Assembly: GCF_001194135.2 (NCBI RefSeq)
Contig: NC_068990.1
Span: 78,484,624 to 78,548,623, forward strand
DNA: 64,000 nucleotides
Source of the DNA: Octopus bimaculoides
Lineage: Eukaryota
Direction of reading: 5' to 3'
Below the pieces are notes generated by a model. That model was not told the DNA's origin. It worked only from the letters and a program-made list of their open reading frames with translations, and did not search any database. This document shows positions 1-10,706 of the stretch, piece after piece; the stretch's first letter is position 1, and each line of letters opens with the position of its first letter. Position numbers and translations under genes: made by a program.

Positions 1-293
1 ACACATATAGTCAATAACGTTCAGCAGAAGCAACAGAGTGACTCAAGGTCTGAGAGCTTCGTGTATTGGCACTTATCAAACCAGTTACAGCTCAAAGAGT
101 TGTGGGTTTATATAGCTAGTGAGAATTACATTTTCCTCTGGATTGCTCTAGATCAAATTTTAAATAATAACAACGTCATGTGGATAATTCATATTTTTAA
201 AACTGTTTGCCCATTATGTCATTTAATATGTAAATACATAAATAAATAAGTAAAGAAATAAAGAGAGAAAGAAACCTTGGGCGTATCTTCACA

Positions 294-380
294 CATCATC
301 ATTTAGCATCCATTGTCCACGCTGGCATGGGTTGGACGGTTTGACCAGGGCTGGAAAGCTGGAAGGCTGTACCAGACTCC
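294..380 (-). mobile_element. Short 3' tail of RTE-type LINE (ends in (GAT)n on minus strand)
   Basis: catcatcatttagcatccattgtccacgctggcatgggttggacggtttgacc is the reverse complement of the tails ending the RTE copies at about 10290, 23620 and 55200. Confidence 0.75.
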
Positions 381-490
381 ACACACAAAAACCCACAAAA
401 TTCACACACATATATAAGAGAGTATATAAATTAGAAATATAAGCATATAAATATGCATGCATATACATGTGCATACATGCATATATATAT

Positions 491-805
491 GCATGAGTGG
501 CTGTGTGGTAAGTAGCTTGCTTACAAACCACATGGTTCCGGGTTGAGTCCCACTGCATGGCACCTTGGGCAAGTGTCTTCTACTATAGCCTCGGGCTGAC
601 CAAAGCCTTGTGAGTGGATTTGGTAGACGGAAACTGAAAGAAGCCTGTCGTATATATGTATATATATATATATGTGTATGTGTGTGTTTGTGTGTCTGTG
701 TTTGTCCCCCCCAACATCGCTTGACAACCGATGCTGGTGTGTTTACGTCCCCGTAACTTAGCAGTTTGGCAAAAGAGACTGATAGAATAAGTACTAGGCT
801 TCCAA
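491..805 (+). mobile_element. tRNA-derived CORE-like SINE (abundant family), cut by assembly gap
   Basis: Head tggctgtgtggtaag...ggttccgggttgagtccc (A/B-box-like) is followed by caccttgggcaagtgtcttc (CORE-like) and an internal TA/TG microsatellite. Homologous to copies at 5713-6106, 55441-55803 and 59254-59576. Confidence 0.85.
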
Positions 806-1107
806 NNNNNNNNNNNNNNNNNNNNNNNNNNNNNNNNNNNNNNNNNNNNNNNNNNNNNNNNNNNNNNNNNNNNNNNNNNNNNNNNNNNNNNNNNNNNNNN
901 NNNNNNNNNNNNNNNNNNNNNNNNNNNNNNNNNNNNNNNNNNNNNNNNNNNNNNNNNNNNNNNNNNNNNNNNNNNNNNNNNNNNNNNNNNNNNNNNNNNN
1001 NNNNNNNNNNNNNNNNNNNNNNNNNNNNNNNNNNNNNNNNNNNNNNNNNNNNNNNNNNNNNNNNNNNNNNNNNNNNNNNNNNNNNNNNNNNNNNNNNNNN
1101 NNNNNNN
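806..1107. other. Assembly gap (N run)
   Basis: Run of N. Other gaps: 2409-2418, 4775-4894, 17265-17317, 24666-24728, 26941-27770, 34584-34593, 43163-43178, 48481-48787. Confidence 1.
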
Positions 1108-1109
1108 TA

Positions 1110-1145
<36 letters not shown>

Positions 1146-1890
1146 GACAGAGAGAGAGAGATAGAGAGCGTATACATACTCATGCATGCACGCACACACA
1201 CACACACATATATATTTATGTATGAATTTGTGTGTGTGTTATTGACATATCAATCTCAACTCTTATCCACAAAGTCAATGGTTGATATGCAAGGCAATTA
1301 CAACAGAAATACATGCTGAACGGGAGCTGCAGCTTTTCCCCAGAGGCAAAGGACTGCATCATGGGAGGGGTAAGGATTGGTAATGGAAAGGCAAGTTAGC
1401 AGCTGACAACATAGAACATCAAAGGCGACTATTAGCAGTATGGAAGAAGTTAAAAGTGGGGATGCAGGAGTCTGAGAGTGAAGGATATTGTTTAATTAAT
1501 TAATTTAGTTATTGATGATTCTCAATATGTAGTTCCTTATAAAGCCCTGACGAAATATCTGAATTCTAGAAATTCTTCTATAACATAACCTTTACAACAG
1601 CAACCAACACAAATTCACAAACAAAAAAAACAAAAAATGAATGTCAATGAATGAAGTTGAAGTTTCCATGAGTAACATGACCTAAATCATTTAATCTGGA
1701 AACAGCAGCAGCAGCAGCTTCCATCAGTCATACCAAAGGAATAGACGGAGAATATAGCTGGCACTTTTTAGAATGAAGGTGACATAAGAGAAACAAGAGG
1801 GAAAATTTAAAGAGAAGGAATTAGATAAAGTGGCACACCTCCAGATATCCACACTTTAATTTTAGCTTATTTTGTGAACTGTGTCTACAG

Positions 1891-1930
<40 letters not shown>

Positions 1931-2234
1931 ACGTGTGCATGTGTTATTGAACTGGTCTGAAAGAAAGGGCATTGTGCTCATGAACTTCTGAGACTTATGT
2001 CATCAATACAATTAACATTCCTTTTGAACAATGGCAAATCTATAACACAACGGACATGAGTGGAAGGAATTCCACAGGAAGGACAATGTAGAGTAATTAA
2101 TAAGGGTCCTGGGCAGTCACAGAGCAGAGAAAGTTCCATAGTTTGCAGAGTATTGGTGAACAACTTCAGGCCAATAAGCCAGCTTGTTTCCTTTGGATGT
2201 AGCCAAAAACGGGTCTTTGTGTCCACCCTGTCCC

Positions 2235-2267
<33 letters not shown>

Positions 2268-2280
2268 ACATATATACATA

Positions 2281-2456
2281 CTAGCTGACAAACCCGGTAA
2301 TTCCCGGGAAAGCGGGGCTTATCCCTTGGTTCTGTTCTCATAATTGTTTTGCTAATCCAGTAACAACAATCCAAAGTATGTAGCCCTTAAAACGGTTTTT
2401 GTGCATTTNNNNNNNNNNGTGCATTTATTGAGAATACCGAACTGTCTTACACAGGA
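2281..2456 (-). mobile_element. Helitron-like non-autonomous element (3' terminus clear, 5' end uncertain)
   Basis: Minus strand reads cccgg-gaatta-ccggg (hairpin), then tttgtcag, then CTAG followed by T, the canonical Helitron 3' end. A possible A|TC 5' end at 2456 lies beyond a 10-N gap. Confidence 0.55.
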
Positions 2457-2460
2457 TCTT

Positions 2461-2625
2461 CATCATCATCATCGTTTAACGTCCGTTTTCCATGCTAGCA
2501 TGGGTTGGACAGTTCGCCTGGGGTCTGGGAAGCCAGGAGGCTGCACCAGGCTCCAGTCTGATCTGGCAGTGTTTCTACAGCTGGATGCCCTTCCTAATGC
2601 CAACCACTCACGGACTGTCTCAATG
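2461..2625 (-). mobile_element. RTE LINE 3' tail fragment
   Basis: catcatcatcgtttaacgtccgttttccatgctagcatgggttggac...ctggatgcccttcctaatgccaaccactc, nearly identical to 53384-53580. Confidence 0.8.
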
Positions 2626-2689
2626 AATGCAGCAGTATAATATTCATCTGCAAACATCGGGCACTACATCTATTCTCAAAATACAAATA

Positions 2690-3270
2690 ACTACAACCCC
2701 ACCCTGCTCTTATTTTCCCTTAACTGTCATATATACATATATATTTTTCTCCCACTCATCCACCCTCACTACCACTTTGTATTAAACCAACAATATCTTT
2801 TTCCCTTTTTAATTCCTTGATTGTCAATTACTAAATTCTCTCTGTATTTATACTTAGTATCTAAAATATTTTTCTTTCCTTTCATTTCAACTCCCTCCCC
2901 CTCCTACCCCCCTCCAGCCTACATAAACTTACACCACTTCATATATTTGTTTTTCTTACCACTCCCCTGCTAATTTCTACCTTCAGCCATAAAAGCCCTT
3001 TGACTACCAACAAAATCCCTCACCCTACCTTGCTTTATTCATACACATTTTCTCCCCCCCCCACCATGACCTAAAATATTTCCTCACCCTCTCCCCTCCA
3101 ATTTATCTTTTTTTCTAGTACCAATCCCACTACTAAATTCTGTGATTTAGCCAAAACTACTATGCTATCCACTACCAGTCGACTGACCTTGCTCAATTTC
3201 TCCTTCCTCTCACTCCCTTATATTTTTTTCTTCCCTTCTAATACTTATTTCTCCCTACATTTATAGACCC
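2690..3270 (+). repeat. Pyrimidine-rich (C/T) low-complexity tract
   Basis: About 600 bp strongly depleted of G on the plus strand; no periodic unit. Confidence 0.6.
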
Positions 3271-3500
3271 CTTTCATACTGAATCTTTTTTGCGTCAGTA
3301 TGTACCTCCTTGTGACAATGTAACCTTTAATCTAATCAAGACATCCTTGACCTGAAGAGTAGCCAGTGGCATACACCTCACTTGGATTTTACCACTTCTG
3401 AGGTTCCACACACTAAGAAAAAATGTAGCCCGGATTTTTCCTACTCCATTCCATAACTTGTGTGTGTGTGTCTGTGTGTGTGTGTGTGTGTGTGTACATA

Positions 3501-4682
3501 CAGGGTGGAGCAGAGAGGACAGACGTTTTTGAAAAATTCACAAAATCAATTTTAGCTGCAAAAAAATTTTATTGACACTAAGATGTTTGTATTGAATTAG
3601 CATTTGTTGAAATCAAATGTGGAAAACAACATCCCTCAAGTGGTGTCCATTTTCCTTGATGCATTTCTGAAGGTGTTCTTGGAAGTTGGCCTCCACTCTT
3701 TCCAGCATTCCTCTGTTGATTGGGGAGACTTCCATGCAAATAGCTTTCTTCAAATCGTCCAATGTATGGAGCTTATGCATACACACACACGTTCCTTGAG
3801 GTTTCCTTACAAGAAATAATCACACATGGACAAATCAGGAGACAGAGGGGGCTAAGGAATGTCAACAAACCTGGAAAAGAGGCAGTCACCGAAGAGAAGG
3901 TGAAGAACTTCCATTGATGCTCTGGCTGTGTGGGCCGTTGTCCCATCCTTCTAAAGCCACACATGTTGAATAGACATACGCTTCCGTCGTAATTCAGGCA
4001 CAAAGAAGTTATTTATCATCTCAATGTAACGTTCGGAGTTCACAGTAACAGCATTTCCATTATTGTCTTCAAACAAGTAAAAACCAATGACAGCAGCTTT
4101 TCCAACAGTACACCAGACCATTACGACAGTTCTATTGATTCACCATACCATTGAGATCAAAATGAACTCCATCACTCATTAACAAAATGTAGTTGTCATT
4201 TGCCTCAAAAATTGCTTCCATCTGATGTGTGAATCCCATGGTTTCAACTATTGCCCAATGACCAATCTGTACGAGTGGAAATGCAAGTGGAATGCCTCTG
4301 AGCAGAGCGATTCAAACTCTGTATCAAATCTTGTCTGACATGTTCCACATTTTCTGGGGTCTGTACCGTTCGTGACACTCAGACCGGTCTGCTATTCATT
4401 AGTGTACCTCATGTATGAAGTGCATTCCTCCAACGTAAGATTGTGTTACGGGTGGGAACAGCCTGATTTTGGGGAATGTTGAAGTGGCACTGAAACTCAT
4501 GCTGAACTGCAGTGACAGACTTGTTATTCTTCATGTAACTGTCGTAAGCAGACATGCAATGCTCTCTGAAAAAAAAGTGCTAAGATACCACGGGCCAAAT
4601 GGTACCTGTTGGACATATGTCTCTCCCCCTGGGGCTGAGTAATAACCATTTCAAAAACGTCCATCCTCTATGCCCCACCCTG
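3501..4682 (-). mobile_element. Tc1/mariner-superfamily DNA transposon, DD41D type, full-length but inactivated
   Basis: Left TIR cagggtggagcagagaggacagacgtttttgaaa (3501, after TA); right TIR ttcaaaaacgtccatcctctatgccccaccctg (ends 4682). The minus strand translates, with stops and frameshifts, to LMSDGVHFDLNG...VW L*KDGTTAHTARASMEVLHLLFGDCLFSRFVDIP*PPLSPDLSMCDYFL*GNLK, with 41 residues between the 2nd and 3rd Asp. Confidence 0.9.
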
Positions 4683-4894
4683 TGTATGTATATATATATA
4701 TGCGTACATATACATACACACACACACACACACATATATATAAATAGATATATATATACATATACAAACATATANNNNNNNNNNNNNNNNNNNNNNNNNN
4801 NNNNNNNNNNNNNNNNNNNNNNNNNNNNNNNNNNNNNNNNNNNNNNNNNNNNNNNNNNNNNNNNNNNNNNNNNNNNNNNNNNNNNNNNNNNNNN

Positions 4895-4927
<33 letters not shown>

Positions 4928-5129
4928 CCTCTTTGAGGTTTTTATCTCCACATTTCCATGCTTGTATGGATCAGGTATAATTCCTTGGGACAGATTTTCT
5001 GTAGTTGCCTGCTCTTCTTGTTAATCCTCATGTTTCCAGGTCCTCTTTTCACTTCAACCCAAAGAGCACAAGGATCATGCATCATTTCACAGGAGATTCC
5101 AAACAACTGACTGTGACATGTTTTCTCTG

Positions 5130-5285
5130 CTTTAGTCACTGGACTGTGCCGATGCTGGACGACTGCCTTCAATGGCTTCATTGAACAAATCAACCCCATT
5201 ACTTATTTCTTTAAGTCTGCTACTTATTCTATTGGTCTCTTTTGCCAAACTGTTAAGTTATTGGGATGACGAGATTAACACACAC
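5130..5285 (-). mobile_element. CORE-like SINE 3' fragment
   Basis: tacttattctattggtctcttttgccaaactgttaagtta matches the body of the 491-805 and 5713-6106 family. Confidence 0.65.
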
Positions 5286-5634
5286 ACACACTATATATAT
5301 ATATATATATATATTCATAAATTTTCAAAACAAATTATTTTTTTGGTTACCGAAACAGGCAACTCCCATTGTTTTTAAGTGTGTAAAGCAAAAAAAAAGA
5401 AAAGAAAATTGGACAAAATTGGTACAGAAGGGGTGGAGTGGAGATTCATAAATTTCAAAAGATTAAAAAAAAAATCTTTCCCCATCATTTGCAAGGGTGT
5501 GACAAAAAGAAAAAAATTTGAAAAATCGCCATCAAAGCAGAGAAAATCTAACTTATGTGGGTGTGCTATTCCAAAAGTTTGCCATGGCATTCTCTTGCAA
5601 AAATTACCTACTAACAACAGGATACTCAGCTAGT

Positions 5635-5679
<45 letters not shown>

Positions 5680-5712
5680 TGTTTGTCTATATATATATGT
5701 ATGTATATTTTT

Positions 5713-6106
5713 TTATCCTTTTATTTGTTTCAGTCATTTGACTGTAGCCATGCTTGAGTACCACCATTAGTCGAGCAAATCGACCCCAGGACTTATTCTT
5801 TGTAAGGCTAGTACTTATTCTATCAGTTTCTTTACTGAACCGCTAAGTTACAGGGATGTAAACACACCAGCATCGGTTGTCAAGTGCTGTCAGGGGGACA
5901 AACACAGACACACATATCTATATCTCTATATATATATATAGATATATATATACGACAGGCTTCTTTCAGTTACTGTCTACCAAATCCACTCACAAGGGTT
6001 TGGTCGGTCTGAGGCTATTGTAGGAGACACTTGCCCAAGGTGCCATGCAGTGGGACTAAACACGAAACCATGTGGTTGGTGGTCGGTAAGCAAGCTACTT
6101 ACCACA
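5713..6106 (-). mobile_element. tRNA-derived CORE-like SINE, full length
   Basis: Reverse complement of the 491-805 family, from tail (atttgtttcagtcatttgactg) to head (gctacttaccaca), with an internal (TA)n. Confidence 0.85.
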
Positions 6107-6732
6107 TTCCTGAAAGATAGCTTGCTGAGTGCCACAGACCAAATTTGTGGCTGGTGCAAAGTCCCTTCCAGACCTAGGGTAATGTGGTGGTGGAACAATA
6201 CTGTAGACAGGGCCATTAGAGCAAAGAAACAGGCCTGGAAGAGTGGGGGCAGCAGGAAACAGTATCAGATAGCCAGAAGGGAAGCTAGGAGACAGGTATA
6301 TCTAGCGAAGGGAGAAGCAGAAAAGAAGTTTGCCTATGCTCAGTGCTGAGGACCAAAGAACTGAAGTATTTCGGATTGCAATACAGTGTGTGAGAGAAAA
6401 TTGTGATGTGAGAGAAATGTGTCCACATGGATGATGGTGCACTTACTTTTAATGAGTCTGCAAAGAAAGAGGCTTGGAGATGCCATTATGAAAGACTGCT
6501 GAACATGGAGAATGAATGGAAGGAGGAGAGTCAGCCAAATGTTGACCCAATTGAGGGACCAGCTACTTGAATCAACAGTACCCCGGTAGATAAAGAAATT
6601 ACGGATACAAAAACAGGGAAAGCCCCTGGCTCATCAGGAATCACTGCTGAGATGTTTAAAATATCTGGCAGTGTGGGTCATGGTCTTGTCACCCGCATCG
6701 TAAATCAGGTAGTTCATGAAGGAGTCATACCT
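6107..6732 (+). mobile_element. RTE LINE internal fragment (linker between endonuclease and RT)
   Basis: ORF 6050-6349 gives DSLLSATDQICGWCKVPSRPRVMWWWNNTVDRAIRAKKQAWK. A downstream frame gives KAPGSSGITAEMFKISG. Collinear with 21850-22390. Confidence 0.9.
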
Positions 6733-6789
6733 GGCTATATTGTCGTGGCGTCTCTTATATTCCTTCTGGGCTAGTGGTATAGGATGGTA

Positions 6790-7323
6790 CTTTTCTGCAG
6801 GTTGACAACGTGAGTCTCAGTTCCAATGTCTTCGTCTTTTAGCTGGCATTTTGAGTGTTGTGCCAAGAGCACCAATTACCACAGGAATAATTGCTGTATT
6901 GGTCTTCTACAGTCTCCTCAGTTCTCTGGTTAGATCTTGATATTTCTCCACTTTTTTCAACTTCTTTGGTATCAACTCTGCTATAATAGGGAACTGTAAA
7001 AGTCTATGACTGAATGCTGTTTATTTTGTCTTCTCTAATCATATCTCCTCTTCTTGCTTCAATAATATGATCAGTTTTTATGAGGGAGTCCATCAGATCC
7101 TGGAATTCTCATTCTCTGACTCAACCTCTGATTCATGTTCATACCACTTTCCTATTGCTTCAGCTAACATCATTAAACACTTTTGCACTTACACTCACTC
7201 AAGAGATGAGTGATACTTTTATCTCCATTCCTGCAGATTCTACATTTGTTGCCTGACTAAATTTTGTTGACCTTTGCTTTTATCAGATTTGTCATATTGG
7301 CTTGCTTCTGAGTGGCTGCTATC
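6790..7323 (-). mobile_element. R4/Dong-like non-LTR retrotransposon, C-terminal zinc knuckle plus RLE fragment (decayed)
   Basis: Minus strand pieces IAATQKQA, KCRICRNGDKSITHLLSEC, KWYEH and KEVEKVEKYQDLTRELRRL*...IIPVVIGALGT. The 5' end abuts (TAA)n at 7324-7390. Confidence 0.8.
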
Positions 7324-7390
7324 ATTATTATTATTATTATTATTATAATTATTATTATTATTATTATTATCATTATCATCATTATTATTA
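7324..7390. repeat. (TAT/TAA)n microsatellite
   Basis: attattattattatt... read directly. Confidence 0.95.
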
Positions 7391-8368
7391 AATAATGAAC
7401 ATGTCTAAGCCAGTGTTGACACTTTAGACTATTTACTTTGAAGCACAGCTGAGTTGAAATTCAGATGGAATTGATAAGAAAAGTAGTAGAGATAGAACTG
7501 GAGTCAAATCACAGCCGTATCTTTGCCATCACAAAATTGTTTTTGTGCTTAAGGAAGATTTCTAACTTTGGCACAAGGTCATAAATTTTGAAGTAATTTC
7601 TTCAAAGAACATTAGTAGTTTTTTTTTTTATCAATCACAGAAGGATGAAAGGCAGCCCCTTTGGGAATTGCTAAGTCAGAAGGAGAAGAGCAGCACCTAC
7701 AACTATTTCCAAGGACTCCAGCATTTGAACTGAGAATATAAAAAGATATAACCTCAATATCAAAAAGCATTTTCTTTGGTATTTCCCTGGTTCTGCCAAA
7801 TGGTATTTTGTTGCATCCTTTTGCATTGAAGAGGAACTTCTTCTTAGGTCAAGTTTACCTTTCAGCCTTCTTAGGGACAATCTAATTAACTGTAATCTCC
7901 ACCAAAATTTCTGGTTTTGTGCCTATGATACAATCTATACCATCACTGAAGAGGTAATGTTTGATAGTAAAAACAATTATGGGAACTCAATCAATTAATT
8001 ATATAAGCAAGAGTAACTAAAAGAAAAAAAGGGATGAATATATTGGTGGAGATGGGTACAATAGGTATTCCTTTGCAATACAGTGTCTGAGGTTTTAAAG
8101 GATTTCTTAGTAAGAAGCTTAATGGATGACTAGAATCAGATGCGAATAATAGTTAGAGGGTAATGCAAAAATAAACATAAACAGAGAAAAATGTAACTAA
8201 CAACAACTCTGTTAAAATTTAACAGAATAAATACTTTTAATTATCCAGCTGAGTCAAAATATTTTCTAATTAAGAGTAAAGAATATCATTGTAAACAGAG
8301 ATTATGCCAAGATCATAAAGTATTTATTCTCCATCTGTTTTGAGACCATTCCAATAAAAGCCTGTTCA

Positions 8369-8761
8369 ATAAAGAGAATGATCACCACTATCAATATTAT
8401 CAATAAATGAGAATTGGTATTTCAAGACCATTACACCCAGATGAGAGTTGAAGTTGTTTAGTCCAAGAGTTAGCCCACAACAGGCAAACTTATTGAACAA
8501 AGCCTTTTCAGTTGTGACATCATGCATTTTTAGGGGTATATATGTGCTTTTCTGTGGTTGAAGTTTGTAAAACGTAATTAGGGAAAATTCAGCTACTATT
8601 TCTAGCAAGTCATACAACTGCACAGAAGCTGCATTGTTGGATGGCATAAAGTTTCCCACATTGGCTAAATACAAGAAAGGGTCTAAATTGGTGGTCATAG
8701 GGCAATTGTGGAATATATATAGTTGTGAATTCTGATTTAATACAAATATATAATGTCCATG
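8369..8761 (-). pseudogene. Decayed CR1/L2-type reverse transcriptase fragment retaining an open frame
   Basis: 131 stop-free codons. MHDVTTEKALFNKFACCGLTLGLNNFNSHL aligns by eye with the RT pattern AFDxVxHxxLLxKLxxxGIxGxxLxWFxSYL. Confidence 0.5.
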
Positions 8762-8984
8762 CTACTCCGATGGCCATAGTGGTATAAACAGCCCCAGCTA
8801 GCTTGTAACTCAGTTTCATAATATGACTACCTTTGAAGGATGTCTATTTCAAAGCAGGGCATTTCTTTAGAAGCAGAGGGATCAGAAGTCACACCCAAAA
8901 TAATACAATTCATTTTGCCACAAAAGGATACATTCATATTTGTAAATTCTATATACTGGCCTTAATTGACACAGACCACCACTA

Positions 8985-10291
8985 CGAGTTTAGACAAGTG
9001 GTTGCTGAGAGCTTTGCAATCCATGTACAGGGATGCAGTCAGTAAGGTGAGGGTTGCCAATGAGTATAGCAATGAATTCCGGGCACAAGTAGGGCTTCAC
9101 CAGGGATTGGTCCTCAGCCCCCTCCTGTTCATCATAGTCATAATAATAGAAGGATTTAAGACAGGCTGCCCTTGGGAGCTCCTCTATGCTGATGATCTTG
9201 TTCTTATAGCTGAATCACTACCAGAATTAGAAGAAATTTCGGGTGTTGAAGCAAGGTCTAGAATCGAAGGGCCTTTAAAGTTAGCCTAGCAAAAACCAGT
9301 CATAGTAAGTAGGAAAGCCTTCAGGTAGATGGCCCTGCTTCATTTGTAGGAAAGCCATAGGTGGAAATTCTATACGATGTACCCGGTGCAAACTATGGAC
9401 ACATAAGAGGTGCAGCAATATCAGTGGAAGGTTAACTGGGAAAATAATTTTTGTGTGTGGAAGGTGCACAGGTACAATAAACACTAAAAATGTACAGAAA
9501 ATAGAGCTCATCAAATGCCAGAGAGGTAGGCTAGAGGTAATTGATAGCTTCTGTTATCTAGGTGACCAAGTCAGTAGCAGAGGTGGATACTCTGAGAGCA
9601 TAGCTGCAAGAATAAGAATACGCTGGGTGAAGTTCAGAGAGCTCCTACCCCTGCTGGCAACAAAGGGCCTCTCCTTCAGTGTGAAAGACAGATTGTATGA
9701 TGCCTGTGTGTGAACAGCTATGCTACACAGCAGTGAAACATGGGCTGTGACTGCTGAAGACATGCACAAGCTAACTGTGGAAGGAACCTGTGGAAGAGGT
9801 AGACTCAGGAAAACATGGGACAAGGGGGTGAAGCATGATCTTTGAATGTTGAGCTTCATGGAGGTAATGACCCATGACCAAGACCTTTGGTGATATGCCA
9901 TGCTTGAGAAGACCTGTCAAGCCAAGTGAAATCGTAGTCATGGCAGATGCCAGTGTCATGTAACTGGCACCTGTGCCAGTGACACGCAAAAAGCACCTTT
10001 CAAGTGTTGGGCCTCACAAAGGCAATGTGGCTGATGCTGGTGTTGTACAACTAGCACCTGTGCCAGTGGCACATAAAAAGCAGCTTCCGAGCATTGGGCC
10101 ACACGGAGGCAACGAATGCCTGAGTAGAATACCTTTCAAGCCAAGTGATGTCATAGTCTCTCAGAGTGATTGGCGTGAGGAAGGGCATCCAGTCATAAAC
10201 TGGAATCTGGTGTAGTCCTTCAGCTTGATAGCCCCTGATCAAACTGTCCAACTCATGCCAGAAGGGACAATGGACGTTAAATGATGATGAT
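8985..10291 (+). mobile_element. 5'-truncated RTE-clade LINE: RT motifs 4-7, PHD insert, C-terminus, modular 3' UTR, (GAT)n tail
   Basis: GLHQGLVLSPLLF; YADD at 9185-9196; FCYLGD; KFRELLPLL...RLYDACV; ends gacgttaaatgatgatgat. Confidence 0.95.
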
Positions 10292-10579
10292 TTGCGGTTG
10301 TAAGTTAGTTTGCTGTAATACCTTATTACTGTATTACCCATCACACATAGTATGGCTGTAACAGCATGTCACTGCATCCACCATTTGTTGGTGATTCCCT
10401 ATGATTGCTGATGGATGACACCTTTGCACCACTCAGGCGACAACCCGCCAACCCATGGGGCTGTTTGGGTGGTCATTGCTGGCAAAGGTTTTATGAGGCT
10501 GGAGTGTAATTTCTACCTCGACCACATTTAGTCACCTTTTACAACAGGTAGAAGAATGATTGGGTTTCATCTTTTGACA

Positions 10580-10706
10580 GTCCCCACTAGAACAATGTGA
10601 AATGAAATGTTTTGCTCAAGAGCACAGCATACCACCTGGTTCAGGAACTGAACCCATGGTCTGGTGATTGTGAGTGCAGCACCCTAACCACTAGGCTACA
10701 CACCTT
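10580..10706 (-). mobile_element. tRNA-derived SINE head (family also at 57695-57900)
   Basis: Reverse complement gtagcctagtggttagggtgctgcactcac...gggttcagttcc...gtgctcttgagcaaaacatttc contains A/B-box-like motifs. Confidence 0.65.

Noticed and set aside
2401-2426. gtgcattt direct repeat flanking 10 N as a TSD
   Set aside because: More likely overlapping contig ends joined by a placeholder gap, i.e. an assembly artefact.
7729-7998. 89-codon plus-strand open frame with a GAG|GTAATG donor
   Set aside because: No start or good acceptor, and part of it (about 7900-7928) resembles a SINE 3' end.
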